A stretch of 50,153 bases of DNA from Polyangiales bacterium. Its GTDB lineage: Bacteria > Myxococcota_A > Polyangia > Polyangiales > Houyiibacteriaceae. The DNA is taken from assembly GCA_045106895.1 (NCBI GenBank), contig JBGCFM010000094.1:1-50153 (forward strand), given 5' to 3'. The notes below the pieces were generated by a model that was not told where the DNA came from, made no database searches, and saw only the letters and a program-made list of their open reading frames with translations. Position numbers and translations under genes: made by a program. Of this stretch, positions 35,568-44,313 are shown in pieces (the first letter of the stretch is position 1; every line of letters starts with the position of its first letter).

Positions 35568-36857
35568 ATGAGCGATTCCACAAGCCAGAGCCTCTTTCAG
35601 CGCGCCCAAAAACGACTTCCCGGCGGCGTCAATTCCCCTGTCCGAGCCTTTCGATCCGTCGGCGGGGACCCGGTTTTCGTCAAATCGGCCCGCGGAGCGA
35701 CCCTCGTTGGCGCCGATGGCCGCGAATACGTGGACTACATCGGCTCTTGGGGCCCCATGATTTTGGGCCACGCTCACCCCGATGTCCTCCGCGTCGTGCA
35801 GGAGACCGCAGCCCTCGGCACAAGCTTTGGCGCCCCCACGGAACGCGAGATCGACATGGCGGACGCGATCGCCGCTGCGTACCCGAACATGGAAATGAGC
35901 AGAATGGTGTCCAGCGGCACCGAGGCGACGATGGGCGCCCTTCGCTTGGCCCGTGGTTTCACCGGACGTGATCTCATCGCGAAGTGTGAAGGCGGCTACC
36001 ATGGCGGCGCGGATTACCTCTTGGTCAAGGCTGGTTCCGGGGCCGCAACGCTCGGAGAGCCTGATAGCGCCGGCGTTCCAGAAGGTATTGCTTCCACCAC
36101 CGCCCTTCTCCCCTTCAACGACCTCGACGCCGCCAAGGCGCTCATCGAGGCGCGGGGCAAAGAGCTGGCGGCCATCATCGTTGAGCCCGTGGCCGGGAAC
36201 ATGGGTTGCGTGCCGCCGGCAAAGGGCTGGCTCGAGGGGCTTCGCGAACTGTGTACGGCAAATGGCACCCTTCTTATCTTCGACGAGGTCATGACCGGCT
36301 TCCGCGTCGCTTACGGCGGCGCCCAGGAACGTTTCGGCGTCGTGCCGGACCTCACCTGCCTAGGGAAGATCGTCGGCGGCGGTCTCCCAGCCGGAGCCTA
36401 TGGCGGACCGCGCAACATCATGGGCAAGGTCGCCCCGCTCGGCCCCGTCTACCAGGCGGGAACACTGAGCGGAAACCCTCTCGCCGTCGCCGCCGGCCTA
36501 AAGACCCTCGAACTCCTCCGAGCCGAAGGCACCTACGAGAAGCTCGAATCTATCGGGGCAGCCCTTCAAACGATGTTTGAGGACGCGATTAAAGCCGCTG
36601 GGGTCACCTGCACGGTCCAGCGCGTCGGCGCCATGATTACTCCATTCTTCAAGGAAGGCGGCGTGACTCGCTGGGAGGACGCCGACGCATGCGATCGGGA
36701 TGCCTTCGGTCGCTGGCATGCCGCAATGCTGGAGGGGGGCGTTTATTGGCCTCCAAGCCAGTTCGAAGCAGGGTTTCCGAGTCTCGCCCACGACGCAGCC
36801 GCGCTGGAAAAGACCCAAAAAGCACTCCCCGCCGCCTTCGCAGCGGCCCGTGGGTAG
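35568..36857 (+). CDS. hemL: Glutamate-1-semialdehyde 2,1-aminomutase
   Basis: PGGVNSPVRAF, SSGTEATM, YHG, FDEVMTGFR, GKIVGGGLP, YQAGTLSGNP and PSQFEA motifs; start re-called to ATG 35568. Confidence 0.97.
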   Translation: MSDSTSQSLFQRAQKRLPGGVNSPVRAFRSVGGDPVFVKSARGATLVGADGREYVDYIGSWGPMILGHAHPDVLRVVQETAALGTSFGAPTEREIDMADAIAAAYPNMEMSRMVSSGTEATMGALRLARGFTGRDLIAKCEGGYHGGADYLLVKAGSGAATLGEPDSAGVPEGIASTTALLPFNDLDAAKALIEARGKELAAIIVEPVAGNMGCVPPAKGWLEGLRELCTANGTLLIFDEVMTGFRVAYGGAQERFGVVPDLTCLGKIVGGGLPAGAYGGPRNIMGKVAPLGPVYQAGTLSGNPLAVAAGLKTLELLRAEGTYEKLESIGAALQTMFEDAIKAAGVTCTVQRVGAMITPFFKEGGVTRWEDADACDRDAFGRWHAAMLEGGVYWPPSQFEAGFPSLAHDAAALEKTQKALPAAFAAARG

Positions 36858-37001
36858 CTCGGACTGGGCCCGCTGAACAAAACGTCGCGTAAATGCTCGG
36901 GATTCATGGTGGTTCCCCAAGCTTGACCCCCTAAATCTGTGTGCTAGATGGCGCCCGAACGCACCGCCAAACGGGCGATGCTCTCAACGAACGAAGCACG
37001 T

Positions 37002-37283
37002 ATGGCCTCCGTCAAAAAGACCCCATTGCTCGCTGCAGGAGACTCAAAGTCCCTGAAGACGCTTGGTCATTTCGGCGGAATCGGCTTCGAGATGGCCATC
37101 TTTGTCGTCCTCGGCGTCAAAGGCGGTCAATGGCTCGACGCTTACTTCGGAACAGGCTTCCTGACGCTCGTCGGCCTCGCCTTCGGTCTCTTCGCCGGCT
37201 TCCGTTCCTTGGCGCAGCTCACCCAAAAGCTTCGCCGTGCCGAGGCGAACGCCGAAACCTCGGCTCCCATCACGGTCAAATAA
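37002..37283 (+). CDS. AtpZ/AtpR-like Fo-associated small membrane protein (ATPase gene 1 family)
   Basis: Two TM helices with G.WLD..FGT...L.G...G..AGF; first gene of the Fo operon. Start uncertain (36978 also possible). Confidence 0.8.
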   Translation: MASVKKTPLLAAGDSKSLKTLGHFGGIGFEMAIFVVLGVKGGQWLDAYFGTGFLTLVGLAFGLFAGFRSLAQLTQKLRRAEANAETSAPITVK

Positions 37284-37300
37284 CAGCCCCAATCCTCCCA

Positions 37301-37708
37301 ATGAACCTTCCCCTCCTCAAACGAATCACGCTCGCCGTCGCTATCAGCGGCGTCCTGCTGTCGATCGTTGCGGGGATGATCTACGGGATGATCGGTCTCA
37401 TCAGCGGAGCCGCCGGCGCTTTCGTAGCCATGGCCAACTGGCAGGCGATTCGGTGGCTCGCGGAGCAGGTGACCGGACAGGCGGTTCGTTCTAAGGGACG
37501 CCTCATGATTCTCGCGGCGGTCAAGACCACCGCACTGATGGCGGTCTGCTGGATCGCCCTCACCCAACTCGGACTCGATTCGCGCGCTTTCATTATTGGA
37601 ATCAGCGCGTTGGTTGCCGGCATTGTCATCGGGCCCTTGACTATGCCCGAAGCACCCGGCAACGCACCCACCACCACTGACTCCCCCGTGGAGGAACAAC
37701 ATGGCTGA
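37301..37708 (+). CDS. atpI: ATP synthase protein I
   Basis: Four hydrophobic helices, directly upstream of atpB; start re-called to ATG 37301. Confidence 0.75.
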   Translation: MNLPLLKRITLAVAISGVLLSIVAGMIYGMIGLISGAAGAFVAMANWQAIRWLAEQVTGQAVRSKGRLMILAAVKTTALMAVCWIALTQLGLDSRAFIIGISALVAGIVIGPLTMPEAPGNAPTTTDSPVEEQHG

Positions 37709-38516
37709 CCCCATCGAACACGCTGCCGAAGCACTGCCAGAACACTGGTCTTGGTTCAGCGCACTGCCAGACATTCACTCCCTCACCGACGGTCTCGGTG
37801 CTCCCTTCAACGACGAAGGCCAGCGCTGGTTCTTCGGCGGAAGCATCAACCTGCTTCATGTGTGGGGACTCATTTTCGTCGTCCTCCTCCTGACCCTCGG
37901 CGGCCTGCTCACAAAGAGCAAAGTCGGCGATGCGAAGGAAGCGATCGTTCCAGAGGGCAAGCTCTCGGTTGCGACCTTCTTCGAGCTGTTGACCATCGGC
38001 GTCTACAACATGATGGCCGGCATGATGGGCAAGGAGGCGGCGAAGTACTTCCTGCCTCTCATCGGCACCTGCGCCTTCGTCGTCTTCTTCTCGAACGTCC
38101 TCGGCTTGATCCCCGGCTTCTTGCCGCCTACCGACACTCTGACGACTACGGCTGCGATGGCCGGCGTCATCTTCTTCGCCACGCACATCTACGGCGTGAA
38201 AGAAAACGGCGTCGCGTACTTTAAGCACTTCCTCGGCCCTGTTTGGTGGCTCGCGCCTCTCATTCTCGCCATCGAGCTTGTCTCGCACATCGTGCGCCCC
38301 GTGACGCTCTGCATTCGTCTCACGGCAAATATGTTCGCCGACCACGCCGTGCTCACGGTCTTCCTGTCCCTCCTCGGTGGCACAGCGATGATTCTGACGC
38401 CCGTCGTCGCTCTCCCGGTCTACATCCTCGGCTGCCTTGTCGTCACGATTCAGACCCTTGTTTTCTGCCTTCTGTCGACGGTCTACATCTCGATGGCCAT
38501 CGAACACGATCACTAA
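37701..38516 (+). CDS. atpB: ATP synthase Fo subunit a
   Basis: N.LGLIPG..PPT, IELVSHIVRPVTLCIRL.ANM (essential Arg) and IQ..VF.LL..VYI motifs; GGAGG RBS. Confidence 0.96.
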   Translation: MADPIEHAAEALPEHWSWFSALPDIHSLTDGLGAPFNDEGQRWFFGGSINLLHVWGLIFVVLLLTLGGLLTKSKVGDAKEAIVPEGKLSVATFFELLTIGVYNMMAGMMGKEAAKYFLPLIGTCAFVVFFSNVLGLIPGFLPPTDTLTTTAAMAGVIFFATHIYGVKENGVAYFKHFLGPVWWLAPLILAIELVSHIVRPVTLCIRLTANMFADHAVLTVFLSLLGGTAMILTPVVALPVYILGCLVVTIQTLVFCLLSTVYISMAIEHDH

Positions 38517-38618
38517 CGACCACCAACTTCGAACCCCAACCCAACACACTTTCTCCTCTCAACCCATCGACAATTTTTTCAGGCGTCCATCCGGCGCGAG
38601 AGGCAAACGGAGAACAAC

Positions 38619-38948
38619 ATGAAGAAGATCACACTGCGCGCTATCGCGTTCCTTACCCCACTATTCGTCTCAGGCGTCGCATTCGCCCAGGAAGCCGGAG
38701 CATCGAACGAGTTCGACGCCACTTCCTACAAGGCACTCGCTGCGGGTCTCGCCATCGGCATCGCTGCCTTCGGTGGAGCTCTCGGCCAGGGTCGCGCCGC
38801 ACAGGCTGCTCTTGAGGGCATCGCCCGCAACCCGAGCGCCGCTGACAAGATGTTCACGCCTCTCATTCTGAGCCTCGCGCTCATCGAGTCGCTTGTCATC
38901 TACGCGCTACTCATCGCGGGTGGCTTCATTGGGCCCTTGGGCGGCTGA
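38619..38948 (+). CDS. atpE: ATP synthase Fo subunit c with an N-terminal signal-peptide-like extension
   Basis: GxGxAxxGGAxGQG, IARNP loop and LALIES carboxylate; GGAG RBS. Confidence 0.96.
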   Translation: MKKITLRAIAFLTPLFVSGVAFAQEAGASNEFDATSYKALAAGLAIGIAAFGGALGQGRAAQAALEGIARNPSAADKMFTPLILSLALIESLVIYALLIAGGFIGPLGG

Positions 38949-38974
38949 ATCTCACCGCCGGATGGTTTGACTGT

Positions 38975-39011
38975 GAGGCGAAGCTCTTCGGAGCTTCGCC
39001 TCTTCTAATTT
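38975..39011 (+). terminator. Rho-independent terminator after atpE
   Basis: Perfect 12-bp stem GAGGCGAAGCTC-TTCG-GAGCTTCGCCTC (cUUCGg tetraloop) followed by TTCTAATTT. Confidence 0.9.
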
Positions 39012-39040
39012 AATCCGGGACCTACGACCCGAGCGCTTCC

Positions 39041-39069
39041 TTGACCCTCCGAGGTGCGAGGACTAGCTT
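39041..39069 (+). promoter_or_regulatory. Putative sigma70 promoter of miaE-lepB
   Basis: TTGACC-N17-TAGCTT just downstream of the atp terminator. Confidence 0.6.
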
Positions 39070-39084
39070 CACCGCGGCCAATCG

Positions 39085-39666
39085 ATGCTGCACCTCCTTC
39101 AACCCACCAGCCCAGAGTGGCTTGATGCCGCCAGCGCGGACCTGAAGGGGCTCCTCCTCGACCATGCCCACTGCGAGCTCAAAGCAGCCCAGAGCGCCCT
39201 CGCTCTCGTTGGACGCTTCGGGTCAGATGCCCCGGTGATCATCGCTCCTCTCAGCGAACTCGCTCGTGAAGAGACCGCCCACTTTCGGCAGGTGCATCAG
39301 CACATCGAAGAACTCGGCGCTCAGCTTGGAAAGCCCGAGAAGGACGACTACGTCGGCGCCCTCATGAAAGCGGCGCGTCGCGATGAGCCCAAACGCCCGA
39401 TCTTGCTCGACCGACTCATCGTTTCAGCGCTCATCGAAGCGCGCAGCTGCGAGCGCTTCAAGATCTTGGCCGAAGGCCTGAATAACGAGCGCCTTCAGGC
39501 GTTCTACCACGGCCTGATGGTTGCCGAAGCCCGCCACTTTCGACTCTTCGTCGACCTAGCCGAGTCGGTTTTTGGCCCAGAAGCCCGGGCACGGCTAAAG
39601 GTTGTCGCCGAGCGCGAGGCGGAGGTGGCACATCAGCTACCACTTGGACCGACGGTTCACGGATGA
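39085..39666 (+). CDS. miaE: tRNA-(ms2io6A37) hydroxylase MiaE (diiron, ferritin-like)
   Basis: L.DHAHCELKAA, LAREE..HF, DRL...ALIEARSCERF and EARH motifs; ends VHG. Confidence 0.93.
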   Translation: MLHLLQPTSPEWLDAASADLKGLLLDHAHCELKAAQSALALVGRFGSDAPVIIAPLSELAREETAHFRQVHQHIEELGAQLGKPEKDDYVGALMKAARRDEPKRPILLDRLIVSALIEARSCERFKILAEGLNNERLQAFYHGLMVAEARHFRLFVDLAESVFGPEARARLKVVAEREAEVAHQLPLGPTVHG

Positions 39667-39685
39667 GGGTTCCTGAGGTACACCG

Positions 39686-40453
39686 ATGAGCGAGTCCAAG
39701 CAGAAGAAAAAGAAGGTGGAACCGGAAGAGACGGCCTGGGAGCGCTTCAAAGCGAACGTCCGTATGGTCGGCGGCGCCGTTCTCCTCGCCGTGTTCATTC
39801 GCGTGGTCCTCTTTGAGGCCTTTGAAATCGATGGCCCATCGATGGAACCAACTCTTCAGAACGGTGACCGCGTCGTCGTCGCGAAGATGCTCTACGGCCT
39901 CTTCCTCCCATGGACACACGAGGCTGCATTGAGCTGGGGCGAGCCGAACATTGGCGATGTCGTCATCGTTCATAGCCCCCTCGATGGCGTCGACATCGTC
40001 AAACGCGTGATCGGCGTCGCCGGCGACACCATCGAAGTTCGGGGCCGAGAGATCATCCGCAACGGCGAAGCGCTTCCTATCGAAGACCTCGGACCCTGCC
40101 ACGAAGACGAACAACTCGACATCGACGGAACTGACTCGTGTCACGTCTTCGAGGAGACCCTCGGCGACCTGACCTATCGGGTAAGCGACAGCGACAACTT
40201 TGTCCGTTCGACGCGCCCCGTCACCGTCCCCGAGGGACACGTATTTGTGCGCGGCGACCACCGAGACCGCAGCAACGACAGCACCAACCCGCGGATTGGC
40301 CCAGTGCCCATCAACCGCATCAAGGGCCGCGCGCTGTCCATCTACTTGAGCTGCTACGACGACCCCGCCGCCGAAGGGAAGTTCGGCTTCGGCCGCTTTC
40401 GCCTTGAGTGCGACGAAGCGCGCTGGGATCGCTTCTTTATGATGGTTCGCTAA
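39686..40453 (+). CDS. lepB: Signal peptidase I
   Basis: One TM helix, GPSMEPTL (catalytic Ser), IVKRVIG (catalytic Lys) and GDHRDRSNDS. Confidence 0.94.
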   Translation: MSESKQKKKKVEPEETAWERFKANVRMVGGAVLLAVFIRVVLFEAFEIDGPSMEPTLQNGDRVVVAKMLYGLFLPWTHEAALSWGEPNIGDVVIVHSPLDGVDIVKRVIGVAGDTIEVRGREIIRNGEALPIEDLGPCHEDEQLDIDGTDSCHVFEETLGDLTYRVSDSDNFVRSTRPVTVPEGHVFVRGDHRDRSNDSTNPRIGPVPINRIKGRALSIYLSCYDDPAAEGKFGFGRFRLECDEARWDRFFMMVR

Positions 40454-40519
40454 GCCACCATCACGAAGCCGTCACTAAGCCCTGACGCGCAACCTCGCTA
40501 GCTGCTAGAACGTAAGCCA

Positions 40520-42052
40520 GTGGGAAGAAACGCAGACCCTAGAGCTCTGGTGCAGACGCGCCTCGCCGATGAGATCGGGACGATTCGCAAAGACGCGCCG
40601 GAGGCCGTGTGCCTGCTCTACCCGAGCCCCTACAACGCGGGCATGTCGTCGCTGGGATACCAGACGATTTACCGCACCATCAACGGGACACAGGGTCGCT
40701 GCGCGCATCGGGCGTTCCTCCCGGACGACCCGGCTGAGTTCGAAAAGACGCGCACGCAGCTCTACACCTACGAAGGTGACCGCGCGGTCTCCGACTATCG
40801 CGTGGTGGCCACGAGCGTGGCTTATGAGCTCGAGATCGCCGGCCTCATCCAGTGCCTCGAACTCGCCGGGATTCCACCCCTCGCTGAGGATCGCGACGAG
40901 CGGCACCCACTTATCCTCGCGGGCGGACCGCTCACTTTCTCGAACCCATTGCCGATGGCTCCCTACGTGGACGTCATCTTATTGGGCGAAGCGGACCAGA
41001 CCGTTCACGAGGCCCTCGACATCATCTTCGGTTGCGAGACGAAGCACTCCGCCCTCAGCGCCCTTAGCGCGATCCCAAGCGCGTTCATCTCACTCCATGA
41101 CGGCGACGAGCTCCCGCCCATCGCACGCTGCGACGACGAACGTCTCCCCGCGTACTCGCAAATCATTACGCCGCACACCGAGCTTCGAGACATGTTTCTC
41201 ATCGAACCGGAGCGCGGCTGCCATCGCGGATGCAACTACTGCGTCATGCGACGCTCGACCAACGGCGGCATGCGAACGGTGACGAAGGACAAGCTCATGA
41301 GCTTGATCCCGGACGCCGCAAAACGCGTTGGTCTCGTCGGCGCGGCGACGACAGACCACCCGCAGATTGCGGAGATCGTGGAGGGCATTGCCGACACCGG
41401 ACGTGAAGTGGGGCTCTCCAGCCTGCGAGCAGACCGACTCACGGACCGTTTCGTTCTCGCGCTAAAGCGCGGCGGTCACCGTGGCCTGACTACCGCGAGC
41501 GACGGAGCGAGTCAGCGCCTGCGCGACATGATCCAGCGTCGTGCCCGGGAAGATGTGATCGTGAAAGCCGCCGAGCTTGCGCGAAAACACCGGATGAAAC
41601 GTCTGAAGATCTACATGATGGTGGGGCTGCCCACGGAAACCGACGCGGACATCGATGAGCTCATCGAGTTCAGCCTGGGGCTCTCCAAGCTCGTCCCCAT
41701 CAGCCTTGGGATAGCGCCCTTCTGCGCGAAACGAAACACGCCACTCGATGGCGCGCCCTACGCGGGCATCAGCGTCGTCGAGGGACGACTCAAGCGTCTG
41801 CGCAAAGGTGTCAAAGGCCGCGTTGACTTGCGCGCCACGAGCGCTCGGTGGGCCTGGGTTGAATATGTTCTCGCGCAGGGCTCCCTCGCAGAAGGCCGCG
41901 CCATGCTCGACGCCGTTCACGCAGGCGGACGCTTCCGTGATTACAAGAAGGCCTTCGACGCGCTCGACGCAGACCGCCCGCGACGCGCTTTGGTCATCCC
42001 CGGCAATCGCGTGGACCGAAGCAAGCAACAGAAACGACTCCCGCTGGTCTAA
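40520..42052 (+). CDS. Radical SAM protein with a B12-binding-like N-terminal domain, function unknown
   Basis: YP.PY..GMSSLGYQ, RGCHRGCNYC (CxxxCxxC), SSLRAD, YMMVGLPTET and K.NTP motifs. Confidence 0.88.
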   Translation: MGRNADPRALVQTRLADEIGTIRKDAPEAVCLLYPSPYNAGMSSLGYQTIYRTINGTQGRCAHRAFLPDDPAEFEKTRTQLYTYEGDRAVSDYRVVATSVAYELEIAGLIQCLELAGIPPLAEDRDERHPLILAGGPLTFSNPLPMAPYVDVILLGEADQTVHEALDIIFGCETKHSALSALSAIPSAFISLHDGDELPPIARCDDERLPAYSQIITPHTELRDMFLIEPERGCHRGCNYCVMRRSTNGGMRTVTKDKLMSLIPDAAKRVGLVGAATTDHPQIAEIVEGIADTGREVGLSSLRADRLTDRFVLALKRGGHRGLTTASDGASQRLRDMIQRRAREDVIVKAAELARKHRMKRLKIYMMVGLPTETDADIDELIEFSLGLSKLVPISLGIAPFCAKRNTPLDGAPYAGISVVEGRLKRLRKGVKGRVDLRATSARWAWVEYVLAQGSLAEGRAMLDAVHAGGRFRDYKKAFDALDADRPRRALVIPGNRVDRSKQQKRLPLV

Positions 42053-42067
42053 ACGCGGAGGGCTTCT

Positions 42068-42754
42068 CTAGGCGGCGGGCGCCGCCGCGACATCCGCCTT
42101 GGGTGCGTGGTCGTGGCCGTGTTTGTGGAAGACGACATGGAGCAGAACGCCTCCGGCGAATGCCTGGAACGCGTTGATGGGACCCGCCCCGAGGACACCG
42201 ACGAGGGGCGCGCCGAAGAAGAAACCCACAAGTGTCGCCACGACGACGGACGCGAAGGCGGCGATGGCGAAGCCCTGGGAACGCCGTAGGAAAATGCCGT
42301 ACACCGCCGCCCCAACTGGGAGCCGGTGAAGCACGACGGCCCAACCGATACCGTGGTCGTGATGATGGTGGTGATGGTGGTGGTGGTCGTGCGCTTCATG
42401 AGGCATCGCCTCGAGCCCGAGCGCGACGCCGTCGGTGGTGGCGTGAAGAAAGAGCCCGACGAGCGCGAGGCCAAGGGCGAGGCCGTGCGAGCTAACCTGC
42501 CTGCCTTTGCTGAAGCGCTCCGCCAAATACGGGAGCAACATACCGGCGATGGCCAGGGGCCACGCAACCCACGGACCGATGACCTCGCTCACCTCAGGGA
42601 GGACGTGAAAGCCGACCAAATAGATGATCGAGGCCGCGATGAACCACTGAAAACCGCGGTCCAACACCGGGTAGCGTCGGAGTGCGAGATACACGAGGGG
42701 GCCCGCGGCGAGCGCAGCAATGCTCAGGGTTAGGAGGACGAAGGGGTTTTCCAT
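42068..42754 (-). CDS. ZIP-like metal transporter / permease with a poly-His loop
   Basis: Start re-called to ATG 42754 (MENPFVLL). About 7 hydrophobic helices; H.LPE, LHATTDG and AVVLHRLP motifs; HEAHDHHHHHHHHHDH. Confidence 0.72.
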   Translation of the reverse strand: MENPFVLLTLSIAALAAGPLVYLALRRYPVLDRGFQWFIAASIIYLVGFHVLPEVSEVIGPWVAWPLAIAGMLLPYLAERFSKGRQVSSHGLALGLALVGLFLHATTDGVALGLEAMPHEAHDHHHHHHHHHDHGIGWAVVLHRLPVGAAVYGIFLRRSQGFAIAAFASVVVATLVGFFFGAPLVGVLGAGPINAFQAFAGGVLLHVVFHKHGHDHAPKADVAAAPAA

Positions 42755-42910
42755 GGCGCGGGGGAGGACCCTAGCGCACCGAGGGCAGCGACGACAACGG
42801 GCCTCCACGACGCAGTGTTTTCCGAGTCTTTTCGACCCGATAGGGCTTGGTTTTCGCGAGACGGTGCGGCCGGCCTCGACATCGGACCTAAGATCCAGCA
42901 AACCCGAGGG

Positions 42911-44284
42911 ATGGGAGCTGATGAGGTACCGGCCGGCCGACTTCTGATCGTCGACGATGAGATCAACGCGCGGGAAGCGCTCTGCGAACTTCTGGGCGAC
43001 GAAGGTTTCGACACTCGCTCTGCGGAGGACGGCGAGGACGCGCTCGCGATTTTGGAAGAGTGGACGCCGGATGTTGTTCTCACAGATCTGAAGATGCCCC
43101 GCGTCGGCGGCCTGGAGCTCCTGAAGCGAGGGCGTGAACTTGCACCCCACGCCTCTTTTCTCGTGATGACGGCGTTCGGCTCCATCGACACCGCCGTGAG
43201 CGCCATCAAAGAAGGGGCAGAGAACTACCTCACGAAGCCCCTCGATATGGACGCGGTATCCGCCCTCGTTGGCCGCGCTCTCGAAAAGTCCCGCCTCTCA
43301 GCGGAAGCGGCATCGTTGCGGCAGCAGGTCAGCCGCCGCCTTTCCGTGTCCGGCATCCTCGGCGACCACCCTTCGATGCAACGAGTTCAAAAGCTCGTAC
43401 AACAAGTCGCACCGGCGCGCGCGACGGTGCTCATCGAAGGAGAGACGGGAACAGGCAAAGAGCTGATTGCCGCCGCGATTCATCACAACTCGAGCCGACG
43501 CAAGCGCGCTTTTGTGCGCCTCAACTGTGCGGCATTGGCCGAAGGCGTACTTGAGTCAGAGCTGTTCGGCCATGAGCGCGGCGCCTTCACAGGCGCGACA
43601 CAGCGACGCGCGGGACGCTTTGAACGCGCAGACGGGGGTACGCTCTTCCTCGACGAAATCGGGGAGATTCCAGGGTCGGTTCAGGTTCGCCTGCTGCGCT
43701 TCCTTCAGGAGCGAACCTTCGAGCGAGTTGGCGGGAATGACACACTCAAGGTTGATGTACGCGTCGTCGCAGCGACAAACCGATCTCTCAAGTCTCTCGT
43801 CGAAGACGGTACGTTTCGCGAAGACCTCTACTACCGTCTCAACGTAGTTCAAATCGCGATGCCGCCGCTTCGCGCCCGGCGCAGCGATATCCCCGTGCTC
43901 GCGACGTACTTTCTTCAGAAGTACGCAGCAGAGAATGAGAAAACAATGGTCGGCATCAGCAAGGGCGCCATGGCTCAGCTAATGGCGCAGCCCTGGCCAG
44001 GCAACGTTCGAGAGCTCGAGAATGCTATCGAGCGCGCCGTCGTCCTCGCGACCGGAACGGACATCGAAGAGTCCGACGTCTCGAGTTCGGCTCCGGGGCC
44101 GACCGGCGCCGGCCTCGATATGCTCGTTCCCGGTGTCACCCTGGCAGAGGCCGAACGACTGGTCTTGGAGCGCACCCTTGAGGCCTGTGGTGGCGACACC
44201 GCCAAGGCGGCAAAGCTACTCGGCATCAGCCGCCGAAAGATCCAGTACAGGCTGCGGGAGTGGAACGAGTCCGGAGACGAGTAA
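42911..44284 (+). CDS. Sigma54-dependent response regulator (NtrC/AtoC family)
   Basis: Receiver domain (VDDE, TDLKMP, TKP); [25 protein letters not shown] and WPGNVREL motifs; C-terminal HTH. Start ATG 42911 with GAGGG upstream. Confidence 0.95.
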   Translation: MGADEVPAGRLLIVDDEINAREALCELLGDEGFDTRSAEDGEDALAILEEWTPDVVLTDLKMPRVGGLELLKRGRELAPHASFLVMTAFGSIDTAVSAIKEGAENYLTKPLDMDAVSALVGRALEKSRLSAEAASLRQQVSRRLSVSGILGDHPSMQRVQKLVQQVAPARATVLIEGETGTGKELIAAAIHHNSSRRKRAFVRLNCAALAEGVLESELFGHERGAFTGATQRRAGRFERADGGTLFLDEIGEIPGSVQVRLLRFLQERTFERVGGNDTLKVDVRVVAATNRSLKSLVEDGTFREDLYYRLNVVQIAMPPLRARRSDIPVLATYFLQKYAAENEKTMVGISKGAMAQLMAQPWPGNVRELENAIERAVVLATGTDIEESDVSSSAPGPTGAGLDMLVPGVTLAEAERLVLERTLEACGGDTAKAAKLLGISRRKIQYRLREWNESGDE

Positions 44285-44313
44285 CGCCATCTTCGACGGA
44301 TGACTCGGACAGG

